Position numbers and translations under genes: made by a program. The notes below the pieces were generated by a model. That model worked only from the letters and a program-made list of their open reading frames with translations, was not told where the DNA came from and ran no database searches. This document shows, piece by piece, positions 36,460 to 48,900 of a DNA stretch of 64,000 nt. The first letter of the stretch is position 1; every line of letters starts with the position of its first letter. The DNA is from Monocercomonoides exilis PA203 (lineage: Eukaryota; Protista; Preaxostyla), in contig LSRY02000049.1 in the NCBI GenBank assembly GCA_001643675.2, positions 1 to 64,000 of the forward strand, read 5' to 3'.

Positions 36460-39400
36460 TTAAACTTTTTCTTTTTGAAGCTGAGAAATAATTGACCTCG
36501 CTTCTTGCAGTTCTCGTTCAAGTTTCATTCTTTTCTCCTCATTTGTCTTCACTTTCTCCCAATCTCTCAATATTCCATTCAATTCCACTGACATATCCTT
36601 TCTCTTTCCTTCTTCTTCTTGAGCCATTTTCTGATATCTGTGTAGTTCTTCTTGTGCAATTCTGTATTTTTCTTCTTCTTCTCTCATTTTTTCTTCCCAC
36701 TCTTTTATTTGTATTATTTGGTTGGACACAATTTCTTGATAATTTCTGCATTGCTTTTTCGTTTTCTCTTCATCATCTTCGTATTTTCGCAGTCTTTCAA
36801 CCACTTTCTCGAGTTGCTCTCCATCTTCTTTTATTTTCATTCTCAAATCAGCATTTTCAGCTTCAAGCCTCATTCTCTCCTCTCTTTCTCTTTCCAATCT
36901 CTCTCGCTCTCCAGCCATCCGCTCTGCTTCCCTTTCCAACTGTTTTTTCGCTTCTGCTTCTTTTTGCAAAGACATCTCTAATTCTCTAATTCTTTCGTCC
37001 GTCATCGCTTTCTCCTTCTTTCGTTCGTCTTCAATTTGCTTCAACGAAGTCACTGCACTCTGCAAATGCGCTCCAAACATTTTGTTTTGTCTTTCCAATT
37101 CTTCCTTTGCCTCCTTTTCCTGCTGCAGAGTTGCCATCAAATTGTGAACTTTCTTCATTTGCTGGTTGATTTCGTCTTCCAACACATTTCTTTTGATCTT
37201 TTCTCTTTTCAGTGTTCTTGCCACTAATTCTTCTTCTTCCTCTTCTATGTTCATGTGCATGTCAATATGTCTGCTCAACTCAACTTTCAGCTTCTGGTTC
37301 ATTTCTCTTTCTTTCGAGAGCGCCATCAGCATCTCTTCGTGCTCTTGCCCAATCTGCTTGTTCTGATTCAGAACTTCCTCCACACCTGATCTGAGCACAA
37401 TCAACTCTCTTTCTGCTTCTTCTCTTCTTTCTCTTTCTCTCCTCAGCTCCTCTTCATGCACTTCTCTCTCATTCCTTTTCTCTGCTTCTCTCTTCCTCTC
37501 TCTCCAATTTGACTCTGTTTCCAGCTTCTTCAGCTGCACTTTCAGTTTTCTATTTTGATCCAGCCATTCTTGGTTCTGTGCATCCAATAACGCAATAATG
37601 CCTTGCTGGGCTGTGAGAAGCTCATTAGAAGAAAACACATACGAAGCAGAAGAATCTGAAGAAGGTCCGCTTGCTTCTGATTTCTCTTGCTTCTCTGAAG
37701 ATTGAGTTGAAGACTGTGCAGATGTTTCAGAGAGAGGGTGAGAAGTTTCTGAAGAAGAAGAATTTCCAAAGGCAGAATCTGCAGATGCATCAGAAAATGC
37801 AACTCCATTATGAACAGCAACTTTATGAGAAGTTTGCTCATTTTTCTGTTCAAGTTGCGATGATGCCAATTCTTTTTCCTTTTCATTTGGATGATTGTAA
37901 CCAATTGCGACGTCTTTCTCGGACACAAAGTTTTGCTCCTTTTCTTTTTTTTCAAGCAATCCTTTTTCTGTTTCTTCATCTTTTTCCATTTCAATCGTTG
38001 AAATCTCCTTTTCTTTTGGAACATTCTCACTAACATTATCTTCTTTCTCTTCAATCGCATCTTCAATCATTTTGTTTGTATTCTCTTCTTCACTTTCATT
38101 TATTCCTTCCTTCTGCTTTGATCCTTCTGTTTCATCGCTTTTCTTATTGTCTTCTTCAGTTTCCATGTGATTATCTTCTTTCTCTTCTGACAACTGTTCA
38201 ATTTTCTGAATATCCAAATCTTCTATTGGCTGCTTCTCAATCATTCCGTTGCCATCTTCATCAATCTGTGATTTTCCTGTATTTTCCTTGTTATCTTTTT
38301 GACTTTCTTGTTTTGCTTGGTTTTCACTCATCGTCAGAATAGACAGATGAAGAGGCGATTGAACTGGCTGATTGAATGGCATTGCCAAAGAAATAGGCTT
38401 TTGGGGGGTTGGTAAAGAGGGCAATGAAGAAGTTGAATTTGCTGAAGAAGTGTTGAACGAAAGATCAGCTGAAAAAGAAGCTGAATTCTTTTGTGGGGAC
38501 TGGATAAGCAAAGGAATATGTTTCAAAGGTGATAAAATGGAAGAAGAGGCAGAAAATAAATCGGATGTATTAACAGAAGATGAATTCTCTGAGGAAGTTT
38601 GCAAAAGCTCAGAAGAAGAGAAAGAAGGAGGAAGAGGCATCAGATGTGGAGGAGAAAGATGAGAAGAAGAACTAACAGCAGGCTCTGCAAAGGGAAGATG
38701 AAGAGGCGTGGTGAAATGCTTTTTTGATTCAAGAATGCGATTAACAAGAGCAGAGGACAAAGGATTTTTCAGTCCGAAAAGCGAAGAAGGAATGGCGGAT
38801 GCTGACAAAGATGAGGAAGAGGAAGCAGATGATGGAGTGGAAGATAGCATCATTGAGCCAGCGGGTGAAGGTGTCAGAAGAGAGGGAGATGGAAATGTGA
38901 TGCGAGATGGCAGAAGAGAAGACGGAGAAAAGAATGGCTGATTTGATGGTGAAGAATACTTTGGAGTGGAAGATGTCAAAGAAAAGGGGGCATTTAAAGC
39001 AGAAGGAGCAGAAGCAGAAGCAGAAGCAGAAGAAGAAGAAGAAGACGAGCCAATAAAAGCAGCAACAGAAGGAGAAGTGTTAGAATTAGAAGAAGAGAAA
39101 GAGTTAGAAACAGGCGAAGAAGTCGCATTATTCGTCTCGGCTGCTGTTTCAGATGAAGGAGGAATCAAAGCAGATGGCACAATCGACACACGAGGCGCAT
39201 TGTCTTTTGAAGGCGTTGTGACAGCTCTTTTCAATGAATGTGGAGTGGCTTTGAACGGATGAAGTGGAGTTGTGGTAGAATTGCTCGCATCAGCAGCAAC
39301 AGAAGAGGAAGCAGAAGAGGAGGCAGAAGAAGAAGCAGAAGAAAGAGAAGGAGAAGAAGATAGCAATGCAGATGGAGCAGGAGATGTTGTGTACTTCAGA

Positions 39401-41601
39401 GGAGTTGCTAGCAATCTGCTGTGATTTGCTGAAGCAGACGAGTAAATTGATCTGATTAAAAGTGAATCGTTTGCTGCTTGTGCTTCAGAAGAATTCAATT
39501 GGTTTTGTTGTGTTTGCTCAATTGCCAAAGACTTGAGTGGAGTTGCATGAAACATCACTTTTGATGGAGTAGTTAATGTTATGTCTGTTTTCCTCTGAGA
39601 AGGAGAAGAGTCTATTTTCTCTGCACTTTGACGCATATTTTTAATTGCCTCATTTTCATTTTTGTGTAACGTTACAACATTCTCAGCTTCTCTCTCTTTT
39701 TCAATCTCTTTTTCGAATTCTCTGTCAATTTCAGATTCACTCATCTGCCTTCCATTTGGTGCATTCAGCTTCAATTTATCGTTTCTGTCAACGTCAGAGC
39801 CTTCCTTTCGAAGGAGATTGCGATTCAGATAAACAGGCGTATGCACAGAAGATGAAAAAGCAGCTGTTTCATAGAATGAATGAGACGTGTCAACAGCCTC
39901 TTTTTTCAGCATTTCGCTTCTGTCGTTGGTTGAATAGGCGTCATTGGAGACAAATAGCGGAGGTGCTGACAACCTTTTGGCTGATAAAGGAGTATGAGCA
40001 TTGTTACGTGCAGCTGACGGAAACGAGGGAGTTGAATGCGAGCTGACAGAAACAGACAGGACAGAACGGTTTGGCGTTTGGGGAAGAGGAGTGAGATGGG
40101 AAGCAGCAACAGAAACACGAGAAGGCGTCATTTTTGGGGTCAGAATTGGAAATGACAAGGAATTCTGCAAGCTCGAAGAAAAAGATGAAGGAGAAGCAAC
40201 TGAAAATTTTTTAGAAGTGTCTGGCGTTGAAATGCATGCTTTGTCATTTCTTTGTTTACAATTCTCTTTTAATTCTTTAGCTTCGTCTGGATCTGATATA
40301 TTCTGCAAAAACGGCTTTTCAAAAGAATTGCTAAAAGCAGAAACATCACTTTGTTGCTTCGGTGAATTGCTGAATCCAGTTCTCGTCTTTTGCAAAGGAG
40401 ACGAAGTGGCATTTGATGACAATGAGAATGAAGAAGTGTTTTGCCTGCTGCGAAATGGAGATGTAATTCCCACATCTTGCTGAAGAATTGCTCTTTGGCT
40501 TGCTTTTACATCGTCTTGTCGACCTTTTTGGCTGTCGTCGTGCTCGTACTGAAATTGACTCTCCTGTTTGTTTGCCATCTTTCTTTGTGTAAATGCATCA
40601 CTTAGCATTTGTTCAGGATTTGCTGTGTGTAATGAAGCTGGAGAATGAACAAGCGAGAAAGAATGAGAGTGATATGGTGTAACTCTTCGCACAATTTGCG
40701 CAGAAGAAGTAGTTGGTGTAAAGGAATGCAGGTGAGGAGTCAATGAAATAGGTGTTCTGGATAATTGCAATGGTCCTCTTGATATTGATGGAGTTGAAGC
40801 GATTCTCGAGACTTCAACGATTGGAGAGGATGATGAAAATAAATTCTCATTTTCTTTTTGATGTGCTGCTAGTGAAATTGAATCCTTTTGGTTTATTTCT
40901 TGAGAATTTAATCCATTGTTTAGTTCGTTTGATGCGACAATTCGATCAATGATTTCAGACTGCTCTGTGGACAAAGGTAATTGTTTACTGGAATAATTTT
41001 TAGCTTCAACATTCGTTTCATATTCATTGGCTTCAGTTCGATATAAGTCTTTTAGCGAAGAGATATTCGAATTTATAGAAATTGGCGACTGAGTATCAAA
41101 AATGATTTCATCTGCAGTTGAAGAAAATGAAAACTGATCTCGAATCTCGAAATGATTCCGTAAAACAGTTTGTGGAGAGCTCGAATTTGCCAAATCTTGC
41201 TCGGTCTCGCTTTCTCCAAGAGCTTTCAAAGCTGTTAAATTATGATCTTGAGCAAGATCTCGGTTTTCTTCTTGAATCATTTCGTTAAAATCTGCAGCTG
41301 TAAATTCATGTCTTTTTTCTGATAGTATTGCATCCATTGAACGTTTTTTAGTCTTGTTTTCCTCAAGAGAATTGTTTGTTGATAACATAGTTTTGTTATC
41401 GTGATTTCCCTCAGAATAGTTTTCCCTGGAATTGGCACGAATTGATTTAATAAAAGGAAGCGGAGATATAGAAGGTTCAATAATCTACATTTGAAAAATC
41501 AAGAAAATTAAAATTTGCATTTTTTGAATCAATTGTTGCTTGTGAAATACCGGAGTAAATTTTGTAGTAACTTGTAGAGTATGTGGCAAAGATTCACTCA
41601 T
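36460..41601 (-). CDS. ~1,690-aa Ser/Thr/Pro-rich disordered protein with a C-terminal coiled coil (function unknown); first exon 41601-41551, and possibly one more short 3' exon
   Basis: The 1642-aa ORF extends upstream via MSESLPHTLQVTTKFTP|gt..ag|IIEPSISP in frame. Dense TP/SP dipeptides; heptad-like E/K/R/L pattern in the last ~390 aa. Confidence 0.75.
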
Positions 41602-41928
41602 ATAATTAAGTATGTATGATCGATTTTTCTAAAATTTCACTTCGCTATATTTAAATTTAACACAAAATTAAAAATTTTAGAATATCGAATGTGTTAAATT
41701 ACACATTGATCAATGAATCAATTATGAAAAAAGGTTTATAAATTTCGAAATTGTTTGATTTTTATTTTGAAAGCCTTTACAAATTTTTTATCTTTTAATT
41801 CTAATCACTTTTTTGAATCTGTAACATGTGTTAATTTTTAACACTTCAAAAATTTGTATTAATGTTCAATATATGAAAATTATTTGATAAAATATTTAAT
41901 CGCTTTTGACTGCATATTGAGAATAAAT

Positions 41929-43023
41929 ATGCCAAAATCAAACAAAGTGGGGAATCATAGAAAGAAAGGAAGCGATAACGATCCAAGTAGGTACTGAATA
42001 TATTAATTTTTGTTTTAAACTGATGATTTTTTAAAAAAATCAATTACTCATATAATTATAGACTCTATTGCATATGTCGAGTTTATATCCTAATTTATTT
42101 TCTTTTTAATATATTTTAACGATGAATTTTCGATGAAAATAAAAATTCTTTGGTTTTTTATTTAATTTTTTACACATTTTTAACAGACTCCTTTCATTGA
42201 AGGCCAATTTATGATACAATGTGATAAATGCAAAGAGGTTATTATTATTACTATTTTGATAATTACCATGAGTGAATCTCACAAATTTTAATGATAAATT
42301 TCAAAATAATGTAATTTTTTTCAACTCAGTGGTATCATGGAGTTTGCGTGAGTATAACCCCAAAACAAGCGGAATCCATGGATGTGTATATTTGCGATGC
42401 ATGTTTAGGGAAATCTTTGCAAGGTAAAAAAAGGATAGCAGGACAGTTTTTGCAAGAGGTTTGCACTTATCTTTTCGAATAGAGCGCGTGAAATAAAATT
42501 TATAATATTTAAATTAAAATTAACAGCAACCCGCTCAGCCAAAGCCTCAAAAAGATATAAGAGCTGATGTTATAAGACATTTAGAAGCAATATTGAAACG
42601 AGGATCTGAGAAATGTGTCAATGTTTTAACTCAAGAATTATCATTGAGCATAAGCAACGAAGAAAAGGAGCAAAAAATGGATCAAATAAAGCAATTAAAT
42701 GCATTTATAATGGATGAAAGGAAAATTCATTCAATGGCAGTTGAAGCAGAGAGAGGCCTGAAAGAAACTTATGGAGGAGAAAAAGAGAAAAAGTATAGAG
42801 ATCAATATAAAAACATTAAAAATCGTATGGATTCAGAAGATCCGGCAGTCACTCCATGGAAGTTGAGATTTTTACTTGGAGAAAGTTTGCTTAATTTTGA
42901 AAATATAATTAATAAGTTAAAAAAATTTTTTTTCAACATTGTTATTGATTATGTATAATAGCTCCAGCTTTTGATCTTGGTGCGGTGGAGATAATTAATG
43001 CAGCTGCTGTTGATGCCTTTTAG
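41929..43023 (+). CDS. PHD finger + TFIIS central-domain protein (Bye1/PHF3/DIDO-like), six exons including a 19-nt microexon (42062-42080)
   Basis: Spliced reading: RLYCICR|TPFIEGQFMIQCDKCKE|WYHGVCVSITPKQAESMDVYICDAC (C4HC3 PHD), then AVEAERGLKETY..KKYRDQYKNIKNRM..KLRFLLGE (TFIIS-M-like). All junctions are GT-AG and in frame. The gene is largely missed by the ORF track. Confidence 0.85.
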
Positions 43024-43851
43024 TGGCAATTTATTATTCATCTCAAATATTTATTTTCTCATCACATTGTTTTGTTATCGAAATCATTTTTAATTTTTAG
43101 TTAGAATAATAAAAATTGTTGAAATAAGATTATAATTATATATTTCCGAGAAAAATTAATTTGTTTCTTTTAAGTTAAAAAACATTATTTTTTCTGTCTT
43201 TTGTTTAAAGAATGTAAAAGATCGAAAAGAAAGAATTATTGCCATTAAACGAAAATGAACTTTTGAAAAAGATGGAATCATTCTTGTTATTTAACGATGC
43301 GTTCGTGATTGAGTTGATTTATTGATCTTTTTCATTGGATGTTGTGAATTGCAAATTTTGTTCAGAAGTTATTTTGATTTTTTTCAATTTCTTTACAAAA
43401 GCTGAGGATGGTTTTGAGAAATGCAATTGTTTGTGTTTTTTAAAGTATGTTAAAATTTGCTGATATGTATTTTATGATGCATTTCAAAGAAGCATTAGAA
43501 ATGAACAAATTCTTTTTGAGTTTGTGATTTTATGAAAAATGCTTTTACCAATTGCAAAGAGTCAATGAACTAAACTCGCTATCACTCTCTTATAAATGGA
43601 TGATGGCTTTTCTTCATTCAAACATGTTAAATAATTTTTTTATCTTTTTATTTCTGTTTTAATTATTCACAATTCATGTAAATTTTTAATTTTTTTTTCA
43701 TTTTTTTAATTAACTTATTTCCAACACTGTCATACAGAAATTTGATACAGTAATTTTTTTGATTGTATTAGATAATGAATAATCACGTTTTATCCATCAT
43801 TTTCATCATTTCATTTCTTTTTGGATAATATGAGTAATTTTTTTGTTTCGC

Positions 43852-43852
<1 letters not shown>

Positions 43853-43897
<45 letters not shown>
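43853..43897 (+). repeat. 45-nt poly(A) tract
   Basis: Seen directly, ~140 bp inside the inner end of the right arm. Confidence 0.95.
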
Positions 43898-43899
<2 letters not shown>

Positions 43900-44459
43900 G
43901 AAATAAATGTTTTCAACGATTCAACAATTTTTTATAATTTTTGTAAAAGTCGAAAAATGGTTATGATTAAAAAAGACAGAAATTCAACTCCTCAGTAATA
44001 AATATGGAATTGAAAAAGATAAAATTAATAGGTTTTTGATAACACTGTTCAACTTCAAGAGGTATCGTACGGTACAGAAAACATCGCAGAGAAAGCAAGT
44101 GACGATTGGTCGATTGATTGCTTCAAAGAAGATGTTTTCAATCCAATGAAACAACTTTGCAAAAAGGGGATGAAATGATTCTTGAATCTTTTTCCTTTTT
44201 GAAAGACCGCTTTTGTTCGATTTCAAAATGTGAAAAATAATCTTTTGTGTCAATCAACTCTTCGTTTCAACTCAATTAATTTCTCTTAACGAAAAAATAA
44301 AATAATCAAGCCATCAATAACATCTTCGAGAAAGTGTGTGTGTTGGATCTGCAATCCGAACTCAAAATGGGATGTTTGTTTTTGCTTGAAAATGGAACAG
44401 AAGAGACTTTACGAAAAACTCAAAAAAACAATATCATTTTTCAGAAGAATTGCCATTCA

Positions 44460-45000
44460 GCATGAATGAGCCTTCACATTGAATTCCAATTTCATCGAGC
44501 TGTGTCCTTGCTCATCCTGCTGATGAACAATCTCGATTCAAAAAAGCTGTCGAACCGAGTCCAAACAACTCTCTTTATTCAGGAATCGCTGCACATTGCT
44601 TCACGCTTCACTCACTTGTTCAGCTCCATCCCCAACTCAACAAAAAGAGCCTTCAATGTTTTTTTCACCTTCTCTTGATATTTCACCAAATTCAATTGTT
44701 GGATGGATCAAACATCACTCAACAAGCTCTCGTTTGTTGTTCTTCTTCCATCCATCACCGAATGAAGAAAATGTGACTGAAGAGAATAATGCCTCAGATT
44801 GATTCCTCTGCTCATGCAATCATGCAGTTCAAATCCTCCTATGCGTGAAATATTCAAGGAAGCAGAGATCGAAGTTGTGACCTTCGCTCCACACACAAAG
44901 CACATTTCACAAACACAGAGCAGTTGTTAACTTGTGTTTTTGAAGTTCGAGCATTCCAGCAATTCCGACTTCTCATCATCGGCATCTTTGTTTTTCAAAA
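44460..45000 (+). mobile_element. Degenerate pogo/DDE_1-like transposase relic, right arm
   Basis: Mirror of 23270-23800: WMDQ at ~44700, IDSSAH at ~44798 and VVTFAPHTKHISQ at ~44874-44912. Confidence 0.6.
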
Positions 45001-45910
45001 GTGTTGTTTTGGCAGATGCGTTTCCATGGGTTTTTCAAATGGTGTTTTGACCTTCAGCCATCAAAACAGTATTTGAAAAAGTGTGAATTCCAAGGAATGC
45101 CTCTTCCTCTTTTCACGAGGAGTTTCCTCTCTCTTCACAATAAGCAGTTTCTTCTCATGTTTTGTTGTTTCCTCTTCTTCGGAAGTGATATGAAACATCA
45201 GAGTCTTCTGAATTGTTGGAATGGTTCAACTGCAGCTCAAAGCGAGAAAATGGAAGAGATGGCTGAAAATGAAAAGGAATGAAAGAAATGAACAATTTGA
45301 CGCTTTCGAAAGAGAAAGTGGACAAAGAAATGTCAGCAGAGCTGTTGGTTCTGGTTCTGTATTTTTTCAAAGTGTTTTTCGATTTGTTCTGCATCAAAAA
45401 ATGTTGAAGCCAACAGAGAAAAAAGCACCAATCAAAAGATGGCTCAATTCGATTGTTCAACAAGATCAGCAATCCCCACACCATTCAGCACCTCCGACAA
45501 CAAAAATTCACACATACACACACACAAAATATAAAAGCCTCACAATAAAAAAAAAATGAATGAATGAAAATGCTCTCCATTGTTCGAAAGCACTTCCACA
45601 AATGCACCAGCTGACAACTCCGCTTCTCTCCGCTCCTTGAACCCCACCGCACCACCCTTCCACAAGTGCTCCATTCAACACCCTTTCAGTGAAAGAGTTG
45701 AACTCACACACCACCAACTATTCCCAGTCCCATTTCCATTCCATTCCCCAGCTCCAATCATCATTGTTTTCATCCGTCCTCTGTCTTCCTTTCGTTATTC
45801 CACCCACCAGGTCAGACCCCATCGATTGCTCATTCTCAATTCATATCCTCCACACATTTTCGCTCGCATATGCATTCACTTTCACGATTCTGCTCCAGTG
45901 CCCAGTTTCT

Positions 45911-48900
45911 TCATTGGGCTGGCGAGCCTCGCACCACACTCAACTCGCTTTCTCCAATCATGCTCTCCATCTCTTCGCTGTTGGCTGCATCCTCGCTCCC
46001 ACCCTCACACCCCACCGCATCGCTCATCGTCACCACCGTCGCCCCAGCCGGAAAGAATTCAAAGCACTTCCGCGTCACACCAGGCAACGTTGGCCTTTCC
46101 CCACTGTCTGCCTTCCAGCATCCCTTCACCAGCCCCAACAATCTGCTTTCCGTTATCTTCCCCACCCCTGGCCTCTCTCCGTTCACCATCTTATCTCCAG
46201 CTGCCTCTGCCTCATATTCTCCAAACGGGACATCAAGCGTCAGGCACTCCCACACCATCATCCCAACCGAAAACACAACTGTCTTCTTCGTCGCGTGCTT
46301 CTTCCTCCCATTCAGCAGCTCTGGCGCCTTCCACCTCATGCACTCTTTTTTGAAATCATCCTCATCCTTAAACGCTGATGAGGGAAGAGAATCATCATCA
46401 TCATCATCACTTGCAGAAGTCACAACAGTTGACGAAGAGATGGATGACGACTCAGAATCATCTGAAGAGAAGTTAGAGTGCATCACAATGCAGATCACCA
46501 TATGCTCTGAGAACAACACAATGTGTGGACTCAGATTTGTCAGCGACTGAAGTGGCACTTCACATTCATCAAATGAATGAAGTGCTCCATTCGCCACCCA
46601 GAACAGGATCTGAGCAGCAGTTTGCTCCCTCTGTTGAAGAGTGCCAATCGCCATCTCCTTTGTCTTATTCCTTCCATGCAGCAGCATGAACAAAGAATCC
46701 CTCAGATCCACAATCAGCTTCTCATGAGGTGATGAGCAAGCCATTGCATCCACAAGATTCGACATGGATGAAGTGGTTGGACACAAATCCTCCCCTCGTA
46801 TCAAAGAAGAATCTGAATCAGTTGTTGAAGTGGATGAGGTGGATGAGACGGATGGTGATGGAGTTCTCTTTCTAATTTCCTCTTCTTCAACATTTTCCAA
46901 CATCCATTCTGGAATCTTGTCTGAATCTCTCCCCAATATGTATTCAGTCGATCCATTCTCACTCAACAAATGCTCTGATGACTCTGAATGCTGCAGACTT
47001 TTCGCATACACCCTCCTCTTGATCCTCTCTTCGTTCTTCTTCTCAGCTTCCCTCTCTGCTCTTCTCCATTGCTCCTCCGGTGACATTTCCATCGTCACCA
47101 TCTCAAATGCTTTTGGATCCTTCCTCACTGTATCTTCCACAATCACTTCAAGTTCCTCTGCTCTTCTCTTTTGCTTTCTCCATCGGATAACAAACAAAAT
47201 CAAACCAATGAGAACAATTATGAGAATTATTGCCATAATAATCACAATGATTGGCCAAAATGATTTTCCTTCTTTTCCTCCTTCAACAATTCTTTCATCT
47301 TCAGTTGCCTTGGGATCGCTTCTGTTCTTCAGAATGAAAGAATCAGTGGCAGATGGAGTATCAAGATTGCCAAATAGAAGACTCACAGACACTTCTGTCT
47401 CTGCTCCCACTATTGCCATCTGACCCGATGAAACAGCAGCAACAATTTCGTTCTCTGACACACTTTCCCTTTCACCAATCCCATAGCTCTCAACCACTTC
47501 TTCCCTTCCATTCCTGAAGCTCAACTTCAACCAAACATTGCACGGAAGAAGAAGTCTCCCACTCAGCGTGATGATTGTTCTCCCATCAGATGCTGTCTCA
47601 TTCCTCGCCTCTTCCACAACTGGGATGAACAGCGATGATGTTCTCTCAGAAGCAATCCCACCCAATTCGCATCCTTCATTCAATATCCACAACGATGTGT
47701 TTCTTTCCCATCCGTCTCCTCCTTTCAGGCTCATCACATTCAGCACTCCATCACCGGAGCAGAGAATGTTTCTTCTCATTGAGGGATATCCTTCAATTGA
47801 TGGGTTGTTGTTCTCAAACTTCCCATCTTCAATCTCCACACTTCCTCCACAAACAGAAAGCCCGCCCTCTCCTGAATTCGAGACTGTTGTGTCTTTCACA
47901 ACCACATCGCACCTTTCAAACTCCCCTGCCGATCCATTCCATTTGCACACTTCTCCCTCCCAATTCCCACCCCTCCGCTCATCCCCCTCGCCTCTGCCCC
48001 TTCCATCCAAAACACATGTGCTCACCACAACCCCTTTGCACCCTCCCAACACCATCAGCCTTCCTTGAGTCCATTCCCCATCGCACCTGCAAAACGAGCA
48101 GTTCGTCACCTCCCCATCCCTCCACCTCTCCATCTTCAGCACTGCTGTTTCCCCACCGCTGCTCATGTTCTCTGCCCTCACCCCCCTCATCCAGCTCTTT
48201 CCATTCCTCTCCCCCGTCTTGTCCTTTCCCTTCCCATCCACCTCAACCAATGGCCCTTTCCCCACACAAATCCCATTTGCACTCATTCCATCCATCCCCA
48301 CAAAGCTATCCTCGCAGCGCATCAGACACTCCCCACAGTCCATGTTGCTCGCCTTCATCCCCTCCACCTCCACCATCCCCTCTTTGCACACAACCCCACA
48401 CACCACCTCCAACATCCTCATCTCAACATTCTTTCCCACCAACACGCCTCCCAAGCAGCACACAATCGTTTTCACAAACCCCGACTTTTCACTCCCACCA
48501 GACAAAAACGAGCACTTTTCCAGCTCCAGCGTCCCTTCCTGCACTCGCATCAGCCATTCATAGCTCCCCCGCTCCACACTCCCCAATTCAAATGCCACCC
48601 TTTCCACCTCCACACTCCCACTCATCTCCATCAGACCGCTTCTTGCTCCCGCTCCTCCTTTTCCTCCACCTCCTCCACCACCACCTCCACATCCTCCAAC
48701 ACAAACACAAACATGCCCCACATCCCTCTCAACAGGCTTCACAACCACCTCCCTCAGATCCACCTCCCCGTTCAGCTCGCACTCCCCCGTCACAAGCAGC
48801 CGGCACTCAAAGTCCGACACCGCATGCCCCCACCCATACTCCAGCGAAAGGCACGGCTCCTCCAAGCTTCCACACTGCCTCGCGTTCTTCCCCTTCTTCT

